64,000 nucleotides of DNA from Squalus acanthias (GCA_030390025.1 CM059429.1:22196001-22260000); one strand, 5' to 3'. Positions 22,016 through 36,830 are shown, counted from the stretch's first letter. Notes: generated from the letters alone by a model not told the origin. Translations and numbers: made by a program.

Positions 22016-22550
22016 TTAGAGTCATAGTCATAACGGCACAGAAGGAGGCCATTCGGCCCATCGAGTCCGTGTCAGCTCTCTGTAGAGCAATCCAGTCAAT
22101 CCCATTCCCCTGCTCTATCCCCGTAGCCCTGCAAGTTTATTTCCCTCAAGTGCCTATCCAGTCTCCCCTTGAAAATATTGAGTGTCTCCGCTTCCACCAC
22201 TTCCGTCGGCATCGTATTCCAGGTCATCACCACTCGCTGTGTAAAAAAGTTTTTCTTCACATCCCCCCCTGTATCTCTTGCCCAAAACCTTAAATCTGTG
22301 TCCCCTAGTCCTTGTACCATCAACTAGTGGGAACAGCCTTTCCCCGTCTAGCCTATTCAAACCCGTCATAATCTTGTACACCTCTATCAAATCACTCCTC
22401 AACCTCCTTTGCTCTAATGAAAACAAATCCAGCTTCTCCAACCTGTCCTTCTTTCTAAGATCCCCCGTCCCCAGAACCATTCTGGTAAATCTCCTCTGCA
22501 CCCTCTCAAGGGCCTTCACATCCTTCCTGAAGTGTGGTGACCAGAACTGG
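22016..22550 (-). mobile_element. CR1 LINE 3' fragment
   Basis: QFWSPHFRKDVKALERVQRRFTRM..FSLEQRRLRSDLIEVYKIM..KNFFTQRVVMTWN plus the 3' UTR. Confidence 0.92.
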
Positions 22551-25104
22551 AAGATGTTAGTTGTGTGTTTTTTTTTTAAATGCACTTGAGTTTCTTCAGG
22601 AATTGTGATGTCCTAGGGCATCACTCCCGTGGTCTGCATTTAGGATGTTTAAATGTTTTGAGTTTGTGATTGGGACTGTGTCCCCTTTAAATACGGTTTG
22701 AACAAAAGATTTTTTTTTTTTACAAAAAAATTTAGGGGGATTGTTTCACTTGAAACAAAAGAACAAGTAAACCTTTTAGGGACTAGATTTTGCAGTGTGG
22801 GGACGGTAAATGAGACCAAACTCTGAATGGCTGATTCCCTGCTTTTTAGACTGGGGAACGATAAATTGAAGCCACCTGATCAGTGGTAAACTGAAATCCT
22901 GTAGATTCATTGGCTTAACTAGAAATTAACCACATGACTTTTCTTGCTGAGTTGCGCATTACTTTATACTGAGGAAAATGGAAGTGAAAACCCCGTTAAC
23001 CTGTGAACTCAAAGAATTTGAAGGACTTTACGAACAAAGCTGAAGGTACAAATCTCACGAACACTATCTGAGCATCATTAAACAGGGAAATAAATTTCGT
23101 CCCAAAAATTTCAAAAACCACAAGAGATGCTGAAGATTGTTTTAAATGTCTCAGTTATTTAAAAAGAGGGCCGATAGAAACTCCAGAATAATGGGCTGGA
23201 ACATCACGGAGAGTTGTGGAGTAGAGGGAGAAAACTGTTGTCCATGGCGGGATAAAGGGGGCCTTCACCTTGGGCCTTTTTTGATGGACCACTAAAGGTG
23301 ACGCTGGGTTGTCCCAAGGTCACCAAGCAAGAATCATCACAACAGGCGCCCCTTTTAGGACCCCACTAACATAGGGAAGAAACGTATGGTCCAATCAAAG
23401 CTGAAAGAGGCCAAAGTGGCTTTTACCTTGGGACCAGGGCATGGGGTGGGATCCTGGATTGAGTCCTAAAGCAGTACCATTACAAACCGTGAAGGAGGGA
23501 CTGCAATTTAATCTGTCCGAGAACTGCTCCAGAACTATCAAGCTCTGGAGAAATCATGCCACAAACTGGTAAATCTGCAGTCCTAGGCCCCAACATTCCT
23601 GGGGGGTGGGGTGGGGGTTACCAAATTTTAAAGGCAGGGTCATTTGCACAGATATGGTAGGCACATTGTGCATGCAAGGTGTGATTCGGTGTCGCCTGCC
23701 TTGAACTGCCAGCCGGAATGTTGCTCCAGCGAAGAGGAGGTCTGGCAAGGGCCGAATGAAACTTCTGCTCTTCACACCTCCTGCTTCCGATGTAGCAAGT
23801 GGTCATCTTGGGGAAGGTAACGGATCCCCTCTGTGATTGATTGCCTTTCCCTAGTAATGAGTTGGCATCTCTTAAGGCCCTCAGCAGGACTCATGCCAGC
23901 TCTCCGCTGGCGAGAGTGTCGCTGAGGCCTATCGAGAGCGTAAGGGTGGAATTCCCAGATTGGTCCAAGAAGTCCCCAGACACAGCCTCGTGACTGGGCG
24001 GAGGAGGCCTGGTGGGACATCTGCTCTTTCCCCTCCCCATGGAATGCAAACGGGGAAGAATCCCAGTGTAACTGGTTTCCACCCCAGATCCCTGGCAACC
24101 CCCGATAGCCTGCTCCAAAGCCTCTGTTGATTCTACCAAAGTGATCAGTCACTCGTTCAATGTGTGAGGAAAACCCAGAATGACTCTCCTAATTGTTTTT
24201 GCCCCAACCCACCTTCTTGGGAAACGTTCATTTTATGTGGAATTGGTGAAAACCTGCAGTTTACAACACTTTAATGTGTTGTGCCACCAAGTTGCCTTTT
24301 GTGAATGGGTTTGCACGAAGATCCTGGAATTGAGACTATCCAGAGCATTGTCTATATCGTGGTGGCGCCGTAAATCATAAATTTTTGCAGGCATGGAGCC
24401 TGTTAGTGACTTCAGTACTGGCCAGTGACCCTTTAAGAAATCCATGATAAATCTCTTTATCTGAGGTCACTAAAATGAGAGCACCAGACACACGAGCTTG
24501 CATTTACAAAGCCCTGCCTTGTTGCTGAAACATGGGTTGTATTGGGTGACACTTTATGCCCTTTCTCATTGGTTACTGTTAAGAATCCGTGATTGTCAGC
24601 AGATCAGTTGGTTTTGTGGTTTGAATTCAGTTAGCTCGGCTCAAATGGAGCTGAATATCCAAACCGAGGAAGATGTGCTCGTCCCTGATTTAAATGACTA
24701 ATCCCACACCATTGCAAAACAATGTTCTGATGAGCTGAATGAACAGTCTCCCAGAGAGATGAGTCTGAAAGAGTTAAATAAGATTAATATCTCTGCTGCT
24801 TTTGGTTACTTGGTGTTTTTAATTTACAAAGTCACATTTAAGTATCTCTAATTTCTTTTAATTTAAAAAATATATATTTATATTAAGTCTGCTTTTGTGA
24901 TCTTAAGGTCGATTTTCCTCTCCTGGTGCTATCCGGGAGAAATTAACGAAGAGCACACGAGAAGTGCATTCTGGCACAACCGAGAGCTCCATGCCTGAAC
25001 TTGCTCATGGGCCTAATTAAAATAAAGGAAGCACCAAGTGGGCACACTTCGGGCAGGATTGACTGCAAGAGGAAGTCTGGGCAGGTCCTGAGCCTTGGAA
25101 AGTG

Positions 25105-25545
25105 TCAGCTGTGGCTCAGTGGGTAGCACACAAGCCTCTGAGTCAGAAGGTTGTGGGTTCAAGTCCCACTCCAGAGACTTGAGCACATAAAGCTAGGCTG
25201 ACACTCCAGTGCAGTGCTGAGGGAGTGCTGCACTGTCGGAGGTGCCGTCTTTCGGATGAGACGTTAAACCGAGGCCCTGTCTGCGCTCTCAGGTGGACGT
25301 AAAAGATCCCATGGCACTATTTCGAAGAAGAGCAGGGGAGTTATCCTCGGTGTCCTGGCCAATATTTCTCCCTCAACCAACAAAACCAAAACAGATGCTG
25401 TTTGTGGGAGCTTGTGTGCGCAAATTGGCTGCCGCGTTTCCCACATTACAACAGTGACTACACTCCAAAAGTACTTCATTGGCTGTAAAGCGCTTTGAGA
25501 CGTCCGGTGGTCGTGAAAGGCCCTATATAAATGCGAGTCTTTTTT
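25105..25545 (+). mobile_element. DeuSINE-family tRNA-derived SINE, full length
   Basis: A-box TGGCTCAGTGGG, B-box GGTTCAAGTCC, Deu core, and tail CTATATAAATGCGAGTCTTTTTT. Confidence 0.9.
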
Positions 25546-27209
25546 AAAGGAACCAGCATTAAAGGGGCAGTCACAGTTAAAGCCTCCTGGGAGAGCCAGA
25601 TGGCTCTTGCTTTTTATTAGATAATGGGGGGCAGGACTTTTTTCTGGAGACTTTTTGATAAAGAATGGTAATTTCTTAAATTAATATCCAATGCCAGAGG
25701 CTGTGAATTGTATATTGATGGACTCGACATTTAATTAAAGATTCCGTCCCCTTTGAATGAATTTTTGCTGTTTTGCTGGGATGGCAGCAGCATTGAAGCA
25801 ATAGTCTGGGCACCCCTGCAATCTGCCTTGCAGGGGGAGCTGGTAAAAGGGTGGCACCATGATGCCAAGGAGTAGATAGAGGCACAGGAAAAACATGATG
25901 ATGATGAAGAAGAATGGTATGGGAATAGGAGTAGATACTTGTTTGACTGTGAGGGTTCTCTATTTATTCTAGGTAGCATGAAGCAGTGGCACCATCAGGG
26001 AGAGGGGAGAGTTTCTACTTTGTGGTAGGGGATAAGTTGTTCATAACTCGGGAGAGGCCAAGTGAATAACTTCAGCAGCTGTCAAGGGGGTTTGTGGTTG
26101 TCTGTTGCCATTTGCCTCCAAATAAGTCATATCGCAAGAAGAAGGGTGGCACAGTACTGAACACCGCCTCCATCACGAGGTGTTAAAAAGGCTAACCACA
26201 TTCTGCAACATGTCCTGAAGCTGCAAAACCATTTTTTTTAAATTCAAAAAGCCAAAAGAAAGACCTTTCTTGGCAAGACCAGCTTGTCCATTAAGACTGA
26301 AAACAGCAGCGCAGGAATCGGTAGCATCGGGACTTCCTGGGAACAGTCTGCCCCTGATCTGCACCTGTTGGAGGAAATTGGAGTGCAGAGGTCTCTGATA
26401 TTCATTTGCACAAAGTTTACAGCTCCTGTTCCCTCTTCAGGTACAAATGCCAGAAAAGCCATCAAGGAAGTTTGTGTGCAGTGTTGTTTAGGAGCAAAGG
26501 ATTGGTGCTGACTTTTTTTCCTCTGCATTGCACCCTTTTTTTTCAGGCACGATGTGGGAGCAGGGCAGTGGAAAGTCGGCCCTCTTATCTCCTGTTTGGT
26601 GCCTGAAGTGGTTTAAGATGTGACATAACTCATTGACTGCTCCTCTGGCTCAATTTCTCCTGCCACTAGATGTTGTGCATAAATTAATATTTTTTAAGTT
26701 GAGTGAAATTAATGCTTGTACAAAACTATTTACTCTGAAATTAATCAGATATACTGAAAGAGAATCTACTGTGGTCGATTGGTATTATCTACATTTCACT
26801 AAATGCAACTGCTGCATCCCTGGTGTTGTTGATTGCAGGGCTGAGGTCAGGAAGTACTCTTGCCCTTTGCTGCACTCTACTTTCCTCCCAAGATGCTTTT
26901 GCACTATAGGCAGACATTTAGTTCTCCCTCCATTAGCTGCACTCCTAAGTGTAAACCAGCTGTGGTTTACGGAGCTAATGGGATTGTAACTCTCAAAAAT
27001 GTAGGTCTACAAATGTTGAAGCCCTGGTTTTGGTGAAATGAATGCAGGAGGCCTGTCCTGCATGTTTGCACTCTGGGTCTCTGCGTTATATGGTGCAGCC
27101 CAGCGTGCTTATTAAAGAGTGGTTCCCGCGGGGTATGCAATCTAAAAGCAGGAGAGGGCCGTGTGAGGTGTCTCCAGGAACAGGGTCCCCCAGAACCTGA
27201 TGTTGCAGC

Positions 27210-28360
27210 ATGTGCCACACAAGAGGTCATTAAACAAAATTAGGGCTCATGGGATTGGGGGTAATATACTAGCATGGATTGAGGATTGGTTAACGGACAG
27301 AAAACGGAGAGTAGGAATAAACTGGTCATTTTCGGGTTGGCGGGCTGTAACTAGTGGGGTACTGCAAGGATCAGTGCTTGGGCCTCAGCTATTCACAATC
27401 TACATCAATGATTTGGATAAGGGGACCAAATGTATTCTATCCAAGTTTGCTGATACAAAGCTGGGTGGGAATGTAAGTTGTGAGGAGGATGCAAGGATGC
27501 TTCAAGGGGATATAGACAGGCTAAGTGAGTGGGCAAGAACATGGCAAATGGAATATAATGTGGAGAAATGTGAAGTTATCCACTTTGGTAGGAAAAATAG
27601 AATAGCTGAGTTTTTTAAATGGTGAGAGATTGGGAAATGTTGTTCAGAGGGACCTGGGTGTCCTTGTTCACGAATCACTGAAAGTTAACATGCAGGTACA
27701 GCAAGCAATTAGGAACGCAAATGGTATGTCGGCCTTTATTACAAGAGGATTTGAGTATAAGAGTAAAGACGTCTTGCTGCAATTATATAGGGTCCTGGTG
27801 AGACCACACCTGGAGTATTGTGTACAGTTTTGGTCTTCTTACCTAAGGAAGGCTATACTTGCCATAGAGGGAGTGCAACGAAGGTTCACCAGACTGGTTC
27901 CTGGGATGGGGGATTGTCCTATGAGGAGAGATTGAGTAGACTAGGCCTATATTCCCTAGAGTTTAGAACAATGAGAGGTGATCTCATTGCAACATACAAA
28001 ATTCTTACAGGGCTTGACAGGGTAGATGCAGGGAGGATGTTTCCCCTGGCTGGGAACCAGGGGTCACAGTCTCAGAATAAGGGGTCGGCCATTTAGGACT
28101 GAGATGAGGAGAAATTTCTTCACTCAGAGGGTGGTGAATCTTTGGAATTCTCTACCCCAGAGGGCTGTGGAGGCTCAGTCGTTGAGTATATTCAAGACAG
28201 AGATCGATAGATTTTTGAATATTAAGGGAATCCAGGGATATGGGGATAGTTCAGGAAAGTGAAGATGAGGTAGATCAGCCATGATCTTATTGAATGACGG
28301 AGCAGGCTCGAAGGGCCAAATGGCCAACTCTTGCTCCTATTTCTTATGTTCTTATGTTCT
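27210..28360 (+). mobile_element. CR1 LINE, 5'-truncated and frameshifted
   Basis: VPHKR..VTSGVLQGSVLGPQLFTIYINDLD..SKFADTKLGG..WQMEYNVEKC..LVRPHLEYCVQFWS; 3' tail (TTCTTATG)n. Confidence 0.94.
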
Positions 28361-31300
28361 AATAGTCACTGCGCTTTCTCCACGCCTGGGTCTGTCCATG
28401 GTATCTAACTCTACTCTCCTATTGTATCCGCTGCTACTGCTTTGTCATTGTCCCTTTCCCTACATAACCTGTAAAAACCACCAGCACATGTTCTACAATT
28501 GCATCATAATTGGAAAGTCAGTGATGTCACAGTAATAACAGTAATGATGCTGCTGCAGTAGTTATTTGCTGTAAACACTCGAGGTAGGTTGGATCCAAAT
28601 GGTAGGGATTCCTCACTGGAAAAGAGGGTTTACGTTCACCTGAATGCTCCCTATGGATCTAAGCCTAGCGAGTACTAAGTTTTGTATTTGTGCTGGTTGT
28701 TGTCACTGCTGTATAAACGGGACTGTGCCTAAACCACCACTTAGCCTGCCTTTATTGGTACTGGCCCAGAGCCCTGCCAATCAAATATGGAACAATCAGA
28801 CATCACAGGAGTACTGTTGGCCAATGAAATTGCTGGAAAGTAACACCAGCCCTTGAAGGGTTGCGTAATTACTATTGGCCAATAAGCTGACTCAAACGGG
28901 ACAGTGGTGTCCAAATTATGGTCCATGTTTTGAAACTGGACCACGTGCTCAGGGTATCCAGCTCCCTGTCCCTATCTCCCATTGTTGCTGCTCTGTAGGA
29001 GTGTTGGCAGGAATTCTTGAGATCTCATAAATTTTGCACTGATAGGGTGCAGCAGTATTCATTCCCAGAGCAGTAAGCAATATGACATAGCACTCGGAGA
29101 TGAAAAGCTGAGAACCATGATAAAAGCAGTAGTGTGGCAGTGTAAAATTGGGAGAGGGGGCAACAATGCCAGTGTGAAACTGGAAAGTGGAGGAGAAGAT
29201 TGCCACCTTGGACTGCTGGGGAACAGGAAGGGAGGAAAGTGCTAAAGCATCAAAAGAATGTGAAAAGGGTAAGAAACCCTGGGCCATTCTCAGCAGGTGA
29301 CCAGTAATAACAGAGGTAGCAGTAATAGACAACTCTTGATATGTAGCCCTTGGGCTCTGTGGTGAGAAACTGAGTTAGCCACAAAGAAAAGGTTTGGACA
29401 CCCTGATATGCAGATAATCAGTTCTGTGGAAATTCAGCTTTTTCAGTGTAATCTCCGTGGATGTTGTTGATATGATGAGTATTCTCCCTTCCCGACAACA
29501 TATAGTTAATTAAATGCTGAGTTGCATCACCGCAGGCTTTGATGATGTCGGTGTGAGTCTCTCCCCTCCAGGAGGGCATTAATGAAGGTAACCCGAAGGA
29601 GATTACAGCAGTAATAATGTGGCACTTAGGAACTGGCTTAGCAACATATTCTTCCATTTTTCAAGCTTCCTCACTTGCCGTATGTTGCTTAAACTCCCAG
29701 TGGCTATTTAGGTCACTATATTTTAAACTGTTTTTTCTCTCGCTGCACAGTAATTATTTTCATGCTCAAGAGACCAGGAGCAAAGCAACCATGATGTTTG
29801 CTAAAATCTTCAGTTTATATTTGATGGGCGTTTTAAAAAATAAAAAAAATAAAAATCTATCTAATCGTTTTTTTAAAAAAAAACTAAAGGTAGTGGAATT
29901 TCACATTGCATCCTGGTGTTGTGAATACAGCATAACCCTGCAGCAACTTGCAATGCTGCTGTTTCCATATTAAATATGTTCTGTAAACACCAATGACTAC
30001 TCATGTGACTTGAGATTCTGTCTCTGGTTGTTGGTGCAGAAATAGACCGATTTTAATTACAGCATCGGAGCTGAGAATTCGAGGGGCTGAAGGCTTTTAA
30101 GATTTTTGCGTTTCAAGGAGAATCTAAACATTCAAACATTTTACTTAACGATTCAGTGAGAGATAACAAGATCTGTATTAAATTGCATTTTTGACGAACA
30201 CGACCTAGGATTGCCTGGTTCTGTCAAATACTTCCACCTAATGGTGATGCTCCTGCCATCCTTTTCTTTTTTTTTTCTTGCACTGCATTCGCGATGAAGT
30301 ACTGGGTTTCTCGAAGTGAGCTGTAAAGCAGACTGACTGGACAGGAAGCAGTCAGCTTCAAGTGTGCGATGTGCCTGTTTTCCCATCACTGCAGAATTTG
30401 GTTGTGCTGCTGTAATTTTTAATTTGGTGATCGGGGCTCGTCTTGCATCATCAGTGCACGACAACAGGGTTTTACTGTTGCCTCCTATCCATTTGAACCA
30501 GCACCATGTAGTTGACAGCTACTGAATTTAAGGTGAGCTGCCCCTCCCCCCTCCCCTGGCTATGGTGCAGTGTACAGCAGAACTAAGCTTACTCCTGCAA
30601 ACCAAAAATGGCAGGCAGGTTTAATACTGCTTCTTTTTTGAACGTGCCATGTATTGATTACTGTGTCCGATGCCTTGTGTTTCGAATGTGAGTATGTAAA
30701 TACTGTGCATACGTTGCCTTGACAGCACCGGTGAGAATAGTTAGGACTGCATTGCAACATAGAGTAGATAATCCTTTTTTTTTTTAAATTGCTTCATATA
30801 GCTTGAAGTAATACATTACTTAAAATACCATCCAAGTGCCTTGAAGCTGTTTACACGGAGATCGTTTTTAAAAAAAATAAAAATAATTTCTTGCATTGTA
30901 ATGCCAATTGGTGTTGCTGGACAAATCTCGGTCCAAATATCTTTTCTTTTGGTATTTACCAGAATTCAGATTTGAATTTCTAGATTCAGAGTTTACTCGG
31001 GTTTATGATGCAGATAGCAGATGCAACAAATCTATTTTTAGCAATAAAGTAGTGCACATTGTCTACCAGCGCTTGTATGTCTCTGACTGGTATTTTCGGC
31101 AGTGATATCATGGGTTGATTCTCACCTAGTGTGACAAGTGGCCTTTGCAGTGGTCAGCTTCAGGCTCTGAGCCCTGGGAGAAATTATCTTCGCGCAACAG
31201 CTTTCACAGGTTTTTGCAGATGGGGAATTTTTACAGAGCAGTCTTGTTGACGAGCAGAATTTTCAGGAACACCGTTTCTTCGAGAAGTAGCACAAGTGCG

Positions 31301-34300
31301 ACGACAGCTTCCTGAGAACTGGAGCATTTTGATTTATTTTTTTCCAAAAAAAGGTAATTACGGCAGTTGTCCAGTGCCTGGTCTCGTGTTTTGTTTTTGC
31401 ATGAAAATCGTAAAAATATTATATTGCGCTTCGTGCTTTCATTTACTCCTCGCAGATAGATTTTAGCATGCATGGCGCACAATATTTTCCTGTTTTGATA
31501 TTTACGTGCAACTGGCATTTAAAAAAAAAAAAAATCTTTTCGCTATGTCCTTTTTTAAAAGGATGTTTATCAGAAGAGTTTGACTGCTAGTCAGAATTCG
31601 CCATTATTCAATCTAGACTGAGGTACATAAAGCTTTTTGGGGGGGGGGGGCGGGGAAGGGACGTTGTACTTAACAGTAACAACAAGCAGCAGATAATGTA
31701 GTATATAAATGCACTGAGTTTTTTGTTGTGTTTACTGGTGTGCAGGATTTTGGCATGCAGCATCTTTATCACAAACCTTTTGAAATGCCCTCTTTTTGTT
31801 TAAAAGCTGCAGTGGCAATTGCAAAAAGAGGAAAGCATCTTGAAAAGAGAATATTCCATTTTTGTATGAAACAGAACTGGGTGCTTCTTTTCAGGGAGGG
31901 GGGGGGAAAATGCATTTCCAAAATCGGAGCGCATCTGTGAAGCACTGCCATTCATTTTCTTTTTAGTTCTCAATGGAAAGTTCACAATCAGAATTGTGTG
32001 CACATTTTACTGGTTGTGTCATTCGACATTCACTGTCTTCCAACCGGCCTGCTGGTCTTCAACCACTGAATTCTAGGGAGAACAGGTGGAAGTTATACTA
32101 AAAATAGCTGCACGAATGATTGTCCATGAAAACTGTCCCATTCTCTAATTTGATGGTTGCTAACCTACATACCTGCAGCACGAACAGTTTACTGAATCAA
32201 TTGCTTGGCAATTAGTCACTGCAAATGCTGAAAATACAATTTGCTTCCCAATAACTGCTGCATAACAGCATGTTTCCTTGACAACCACATCCTGTCAGCA
32301 CGAGCAGCAAAAACCAGCGTTGGCACCCCAAGCTTGGGATTTTTCCTTCATCTGCATGCGTTTATCAATGCCTATTTTTCTTAATGGTTTGACTTTATTC
32401 CGTTAGCAACATTTGCGCTCACCTTTTGGCTTGGCATTATAACAGGAAAAACTGGTGTATTGCTGTAAATTGGTATTCGAGTTTGGACGAAATGGGTGGA
32501 GCCATGGGCTAGATTGAAAAAAGGCTACCTATTTAATTAAGGTGAATTTAAACTTCAGGGAACTTGATTTGGATTTGTGCTTTGGGTGGTAAGTGCATTA
32601 TCTAATGTGGAAGTAAACGGGAAGAGAACACCTTTAATTCTATGTTTTAAATTAATTTTTCAGTTTTTAAGTGTACAACGTTTGTTAGTATCCAACACAA
32701 TTAACATTCTTCCGTTGATCTGTCAAACTGGCAGACTAACCTTCTGGGTGCAGTCCAATTATAGTGTTAAATGTTTGCAAATACAGTAGAATGCAGCGTG
32801 GAAAATAACATTCAGCGCTGATCACTGCTGAAAATACTTGCGCTCTTGAAGAGGTTTACTGTTTAGTGCATTCAAGTGGAAAAAAATAACTGTACAATAT
32901 AACCTAAAATTATACGGTTTAAAAAAAAAACTCACCTCCGTAATGGTGTTTAGGACGTAATTTACTGAAATAGAAATTGCCCTATTTTACTTGAAGATAT
33001 CCACAATTGCTGTAGAGTGGTGCTGTTCAATGGTATCAGCACTCTGAATTGATATGCTTTCAGCAGCAGCCATTTTACAGGAGCTTATGGCATTCTGTCT
33101 TTCTGCAGTCGGTTTCAAAATGGCTGTTTTCTGTTGTGGTTAAGTGTTCACAGCCTTGCAGCATAGCATTACGATGTGCTGAAAGAGGTAGAATTTGCAG
33201 TACTTGGCTACTGGCGGAAAGTAGTAGTGTAAATTAGTTGTAAAAATAGCAATTTTAAAAAAGATGTTGAACTAACACCAGTAATTATATTCTAATTCAT
33301 GTCACCAGTGTCTTCAAGCAGAATACTATGTTGCATTGAAATTGCATAGTTATTATATTTGAACAATTAAAATGACTTGCTTCAAAGATTATGAAATGGC
33401 TGCAGACCGATTGGTGGCATGATAATGGTACCATCACACATTGCAAAAATATTTAACTGTTTAATTCATACAGGTATAAGGTGGCAAGCGTACTGATGTT
33501 TGTAATAGGATTGTTGCAACATAACTGTACTTCGCATGAAATATGAAGGAAAAGCATGCGTCCTAATCATGGCATCAGAGTGACCCATTTAATATTTAGG
33601 CACTTTCATTTAATTAAAAAAAATCTCCTTGCTGCTGCTTCAGTCACTTCAGCATTGAAAATGTGCTGGTGCATTACAGTTGACTTATCTTTAACATTGG
33701 AAACTAAATTTGCTCTAAGGCAAGCTGGTGGTTGGGGCGAGGGGCTGGAGGGGGCAAGAGAAGAAAGTGAAGGGTAATGGTAACTAAATGATGAGGAGTT
33801 GATGAGCAGACTTCATAGAAGCCTCAGCTTATAAACCCAAACAAAATAAGTGTTTGGACACTAATGGAAATGCTGAGTTAATAGCTCTGCAGCTTGTACC
33901 GTGGAACTAGGTCGTGTGTGTGTGTGTGTGTTGCAATATTGTGCTGAGCAGAAACACTTGCAGTTACTCCAGAGAAGCATTCAGCACATTTTTCTATAGC
34001 ATTTAGACCACAATGTGGACTAATACAAAGTCATAGTCAACCTCACGTGGTTTCACCTGTGCACAATAGACTCTACTCTTTTTAGTATAAAAGACAGAAA
34101 TGTTCCTTTCTGCGTGGGCTTGTTGTCTGTTCTTCCACAGCAGTCAGTAAGAATCTCGGTTAACACTATATGACTCAGCACTAGTGGGGAAAAATTGTAG
34201 TTGAATTCAAAGCTGTGCATAAATAGAACACTTTTTTTTTAAGGGTAAATTCTCTCTTTTACTCCACTAATCTCCCATGCCCCACACACAGATTTTAGCT

Positions 34301-34699
34301 GAGTGGGCAGGTGGGGTGACCTACTCTTAGACCTTCATCTGTGTTACTCTGAACCCGCCAATGGGAGGTCCACAGGAGCACCTTAGACCCCATTGATTCT
34401 GTATGGAAGTGTTTCCCTCTGCTGTGGGGAGACGTTGAACAGAAGCTGCTTCTCCGCACCAAGTGGCTGAAGTTGGGAACTCAGCAGGATGGGGTGGAGG
34501 GGAAGGGGTGCAGGGGTTCAAATTTTCACCTATTTACACTGGAGCATTGTATCAGTGTGCTACCTTAAATAAAATGCAACCTTAATGTGGGAAAAATATG
34601 GTGTAATAAAAGTATGATAAATTATGATTTTTGATTTTTTTTTAAAACTGTTGCAACAATTATTGAATTAAGAGACTGTTAGTAATCATCAGGTACTTA

Positions 34700-35060
34700 C
34701 AACAACCACTTGTATTTATATAGCGCCTTTAACGTAGCAAAACATCCCAAGGCACTTCACGGGCGTTAGCAAACAAAATTTGACACCGAGCCACATAAGG
34801 AGATATTAGGGCAGATGACCAAAAGCTTGGGCAAAGAGGTAGGTTTTAAGGGAGGGTAGAGAGGCGGAGACAATTCCAAAGCTTAGGGCCTTGGCAGCTG
34901 AAGGCACGGCCACCAATAGTGGAGCAATCGAAATCGGGGATGCTCAAGGGACCAGAATTGGAGGAGCGCAGATATCTTGGAGGGTTGCAGGGCTGGAGGA
35001 GATTAGAGATCGAGAGGGGCGAGGCCATGAAGGGATTTGAAAACAAGGATGCTAAATTTT
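34700..35060 (-). mobile_element. L2 LINE 3' fragment
   Basis: Homologous to 16855-17290 and 61425-61820. Confidence 0.85.
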
Positions 35061-35611
35061 GGAGCAATCCTACAGCAGTAAGGAAGGTAGAGGTGGATCA
35101 GAAATATGCATCTAGGCTCATCTGTAAAATCTCTGATCTCTTGTCCTGTGATTATTTTTTTAGATAATATCGGTTATAATTGGCAGAACTGAGGGGCATT
35201 CAATCTGCAGTACTTTAGAGAAAAATAGTCAGCTAAAATCTAATTACCTCAACACTCTCAAACTTCAGAATGTTGAATTCTGCCCAGAATTACTACAGAA
35301 CTGCAACAGAGGAATGTATTTACAGAGGACGTATTACCTTGAGCCCTTATGCTGAGGAAGGAACAAATACATTTTTTCAATTAGAATGCTTCACTACAAC
35401 AACGCTGTTTTTTTTGTTACTATAGTCAGAAATGTAATTCATTTTTATGCAATTTTTTTTTTTAAATCGTTGCCACACAAAAATAAGTAATCATCGTGAA
35501 ATCGGTTGTCAAAATTTGATCTGAGGTTTTGACCTATTCTGTTTTAGCTTCTGATCCATGGTCTGTGATGAGGTTCCCTTTTGCCAAGGTGTGGTGGATA
35601 AAAAGACAGTC

Positions 35612-35770
35612 GGGAGAATTTTAACTTGGGGCGATAGTGTGAAATGGCCGCCCATTATATACCCCACCTGATTATTTATTTTTCCTTCCATTGGCTTCAA
35701 TAGAAACTAAAATCGGGTGTGGTGTATCAAGGGTGGCTAATTGATACCGCCCATGGTTCAAATTAGCCCC
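35612..35770. mobile_element. Short palindromic GGG...CCC MITE, Harbinger-like
   Basis: GGGAGAATTTTAAC ... GTTCAAATTAGCCCC with central CCATTGGCTTCAAT. A related remnant lies at about 61155-61302. Confidence 0.5.
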
Positions 35771-36354
35771 GTGTGTAAGTTAGCATGGATGTAGAGTGAA
35801 AACATGAAACCACAATAAGCTGCACTACAGTGACGTTCACAGAAAACAGTTTGTGCTTTGGACCCCACTGGATAGAAATTAATTCGATCGCCACATCTCG
35901 GCTATTTGATCTGTATGATGTTCACCAATTAACAGTACACCGACAAAAGTGGGCAAGCAAAATGGCAAACCCGAGTGTGTGAGACATGGTTAATTCAACA
36001 TACTAATACTGTGGAAAGTGTGATTTACCCTGGGAGCCATAGTATACCCTGGAATTGTAGCCACCACTTGAGGAGGTGGGATTTTTTTTTTAACTGGCCT
36101 CTGGATCATGCAGTTACAAGTATTGGGAAATTATAAATTGGCTTTGGATGTTGCAGCGTGTGGGGTATAAATTACCAATTTAAGGAATTGGAAAATTGCA
36201 TTTTCTTGCATTTATTTGTATATGCAGGATTGTTGGTTGATAGTGAGCTACCATCTTTTGACATCTTTTTTTTAAGGTTGAGCATCCAACACTGGTTTAG
36301 TGTTAACTCTTTACTTTTGTATTCTGCCCATCTCATCCATACTGGATCTCAAGA

Positions 36355-36830
36355 AGGAGCTATCCACTTAGTCCCATTGTCCTGCCCTTTCCCCATACCC
36401 TTTTTTTATTAAATATTTATTCGCTTCCTTTTATTAAAAAAAAACCGATTAGATTCTGCTTCCACTACAGTTTCTGGTACATATTCCATGTCCTAATATC
36501 TCTGTGTAAAAACAAACTCCTACCTCTTCCATTACTCGAGTTACTGATTCAGCGACCAGTGGAAATAATTTTTCACTATTTACCTTATCAAAAACACTCA
36601 ATTTTAAACACGTCTTATCAGATCTCCTTTTAACCTTTTCTATTCTAGTGAAAAGAGCCCTGAATTCTCTAGTCATTTCTCGTAACTAAAGCCTCCAGTA
36701 CCATCTTAGTGAATCTTTTCTGTACTCTGACTTGACATCCTTTTTAAGGTTGTGCGTCCAAAACTGGGTACAGTATTCTAACTGGCCTAACCAATTGTAT
36801 TCTATGCCTCTATTTATAAAACTCAAGATC
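36355..36830 (-). mobile_element. Degenerate CR1 fragment
   Basis: ILSFINRGIEY..LEYCTQFWT..KKDV and FDKVNSEKLFPLVAESVTR. Confidence 0.75.

Noticed and set aside
22600-24200. Possible decayed LTR-retrotransposon or coding remnant
   Set aside because: I could not recover any convincing motif or terminus by eye.
25105-25180. tRNA gene
   Set aside because: The A/B boxes are the head of a DeuSINE; the sequence continues into the SINE core and I see no full cloverleaf.
25700-26620. Possible decayed coding or transposon fragment
   Set aside because: Translations showed no recognisable family motif.
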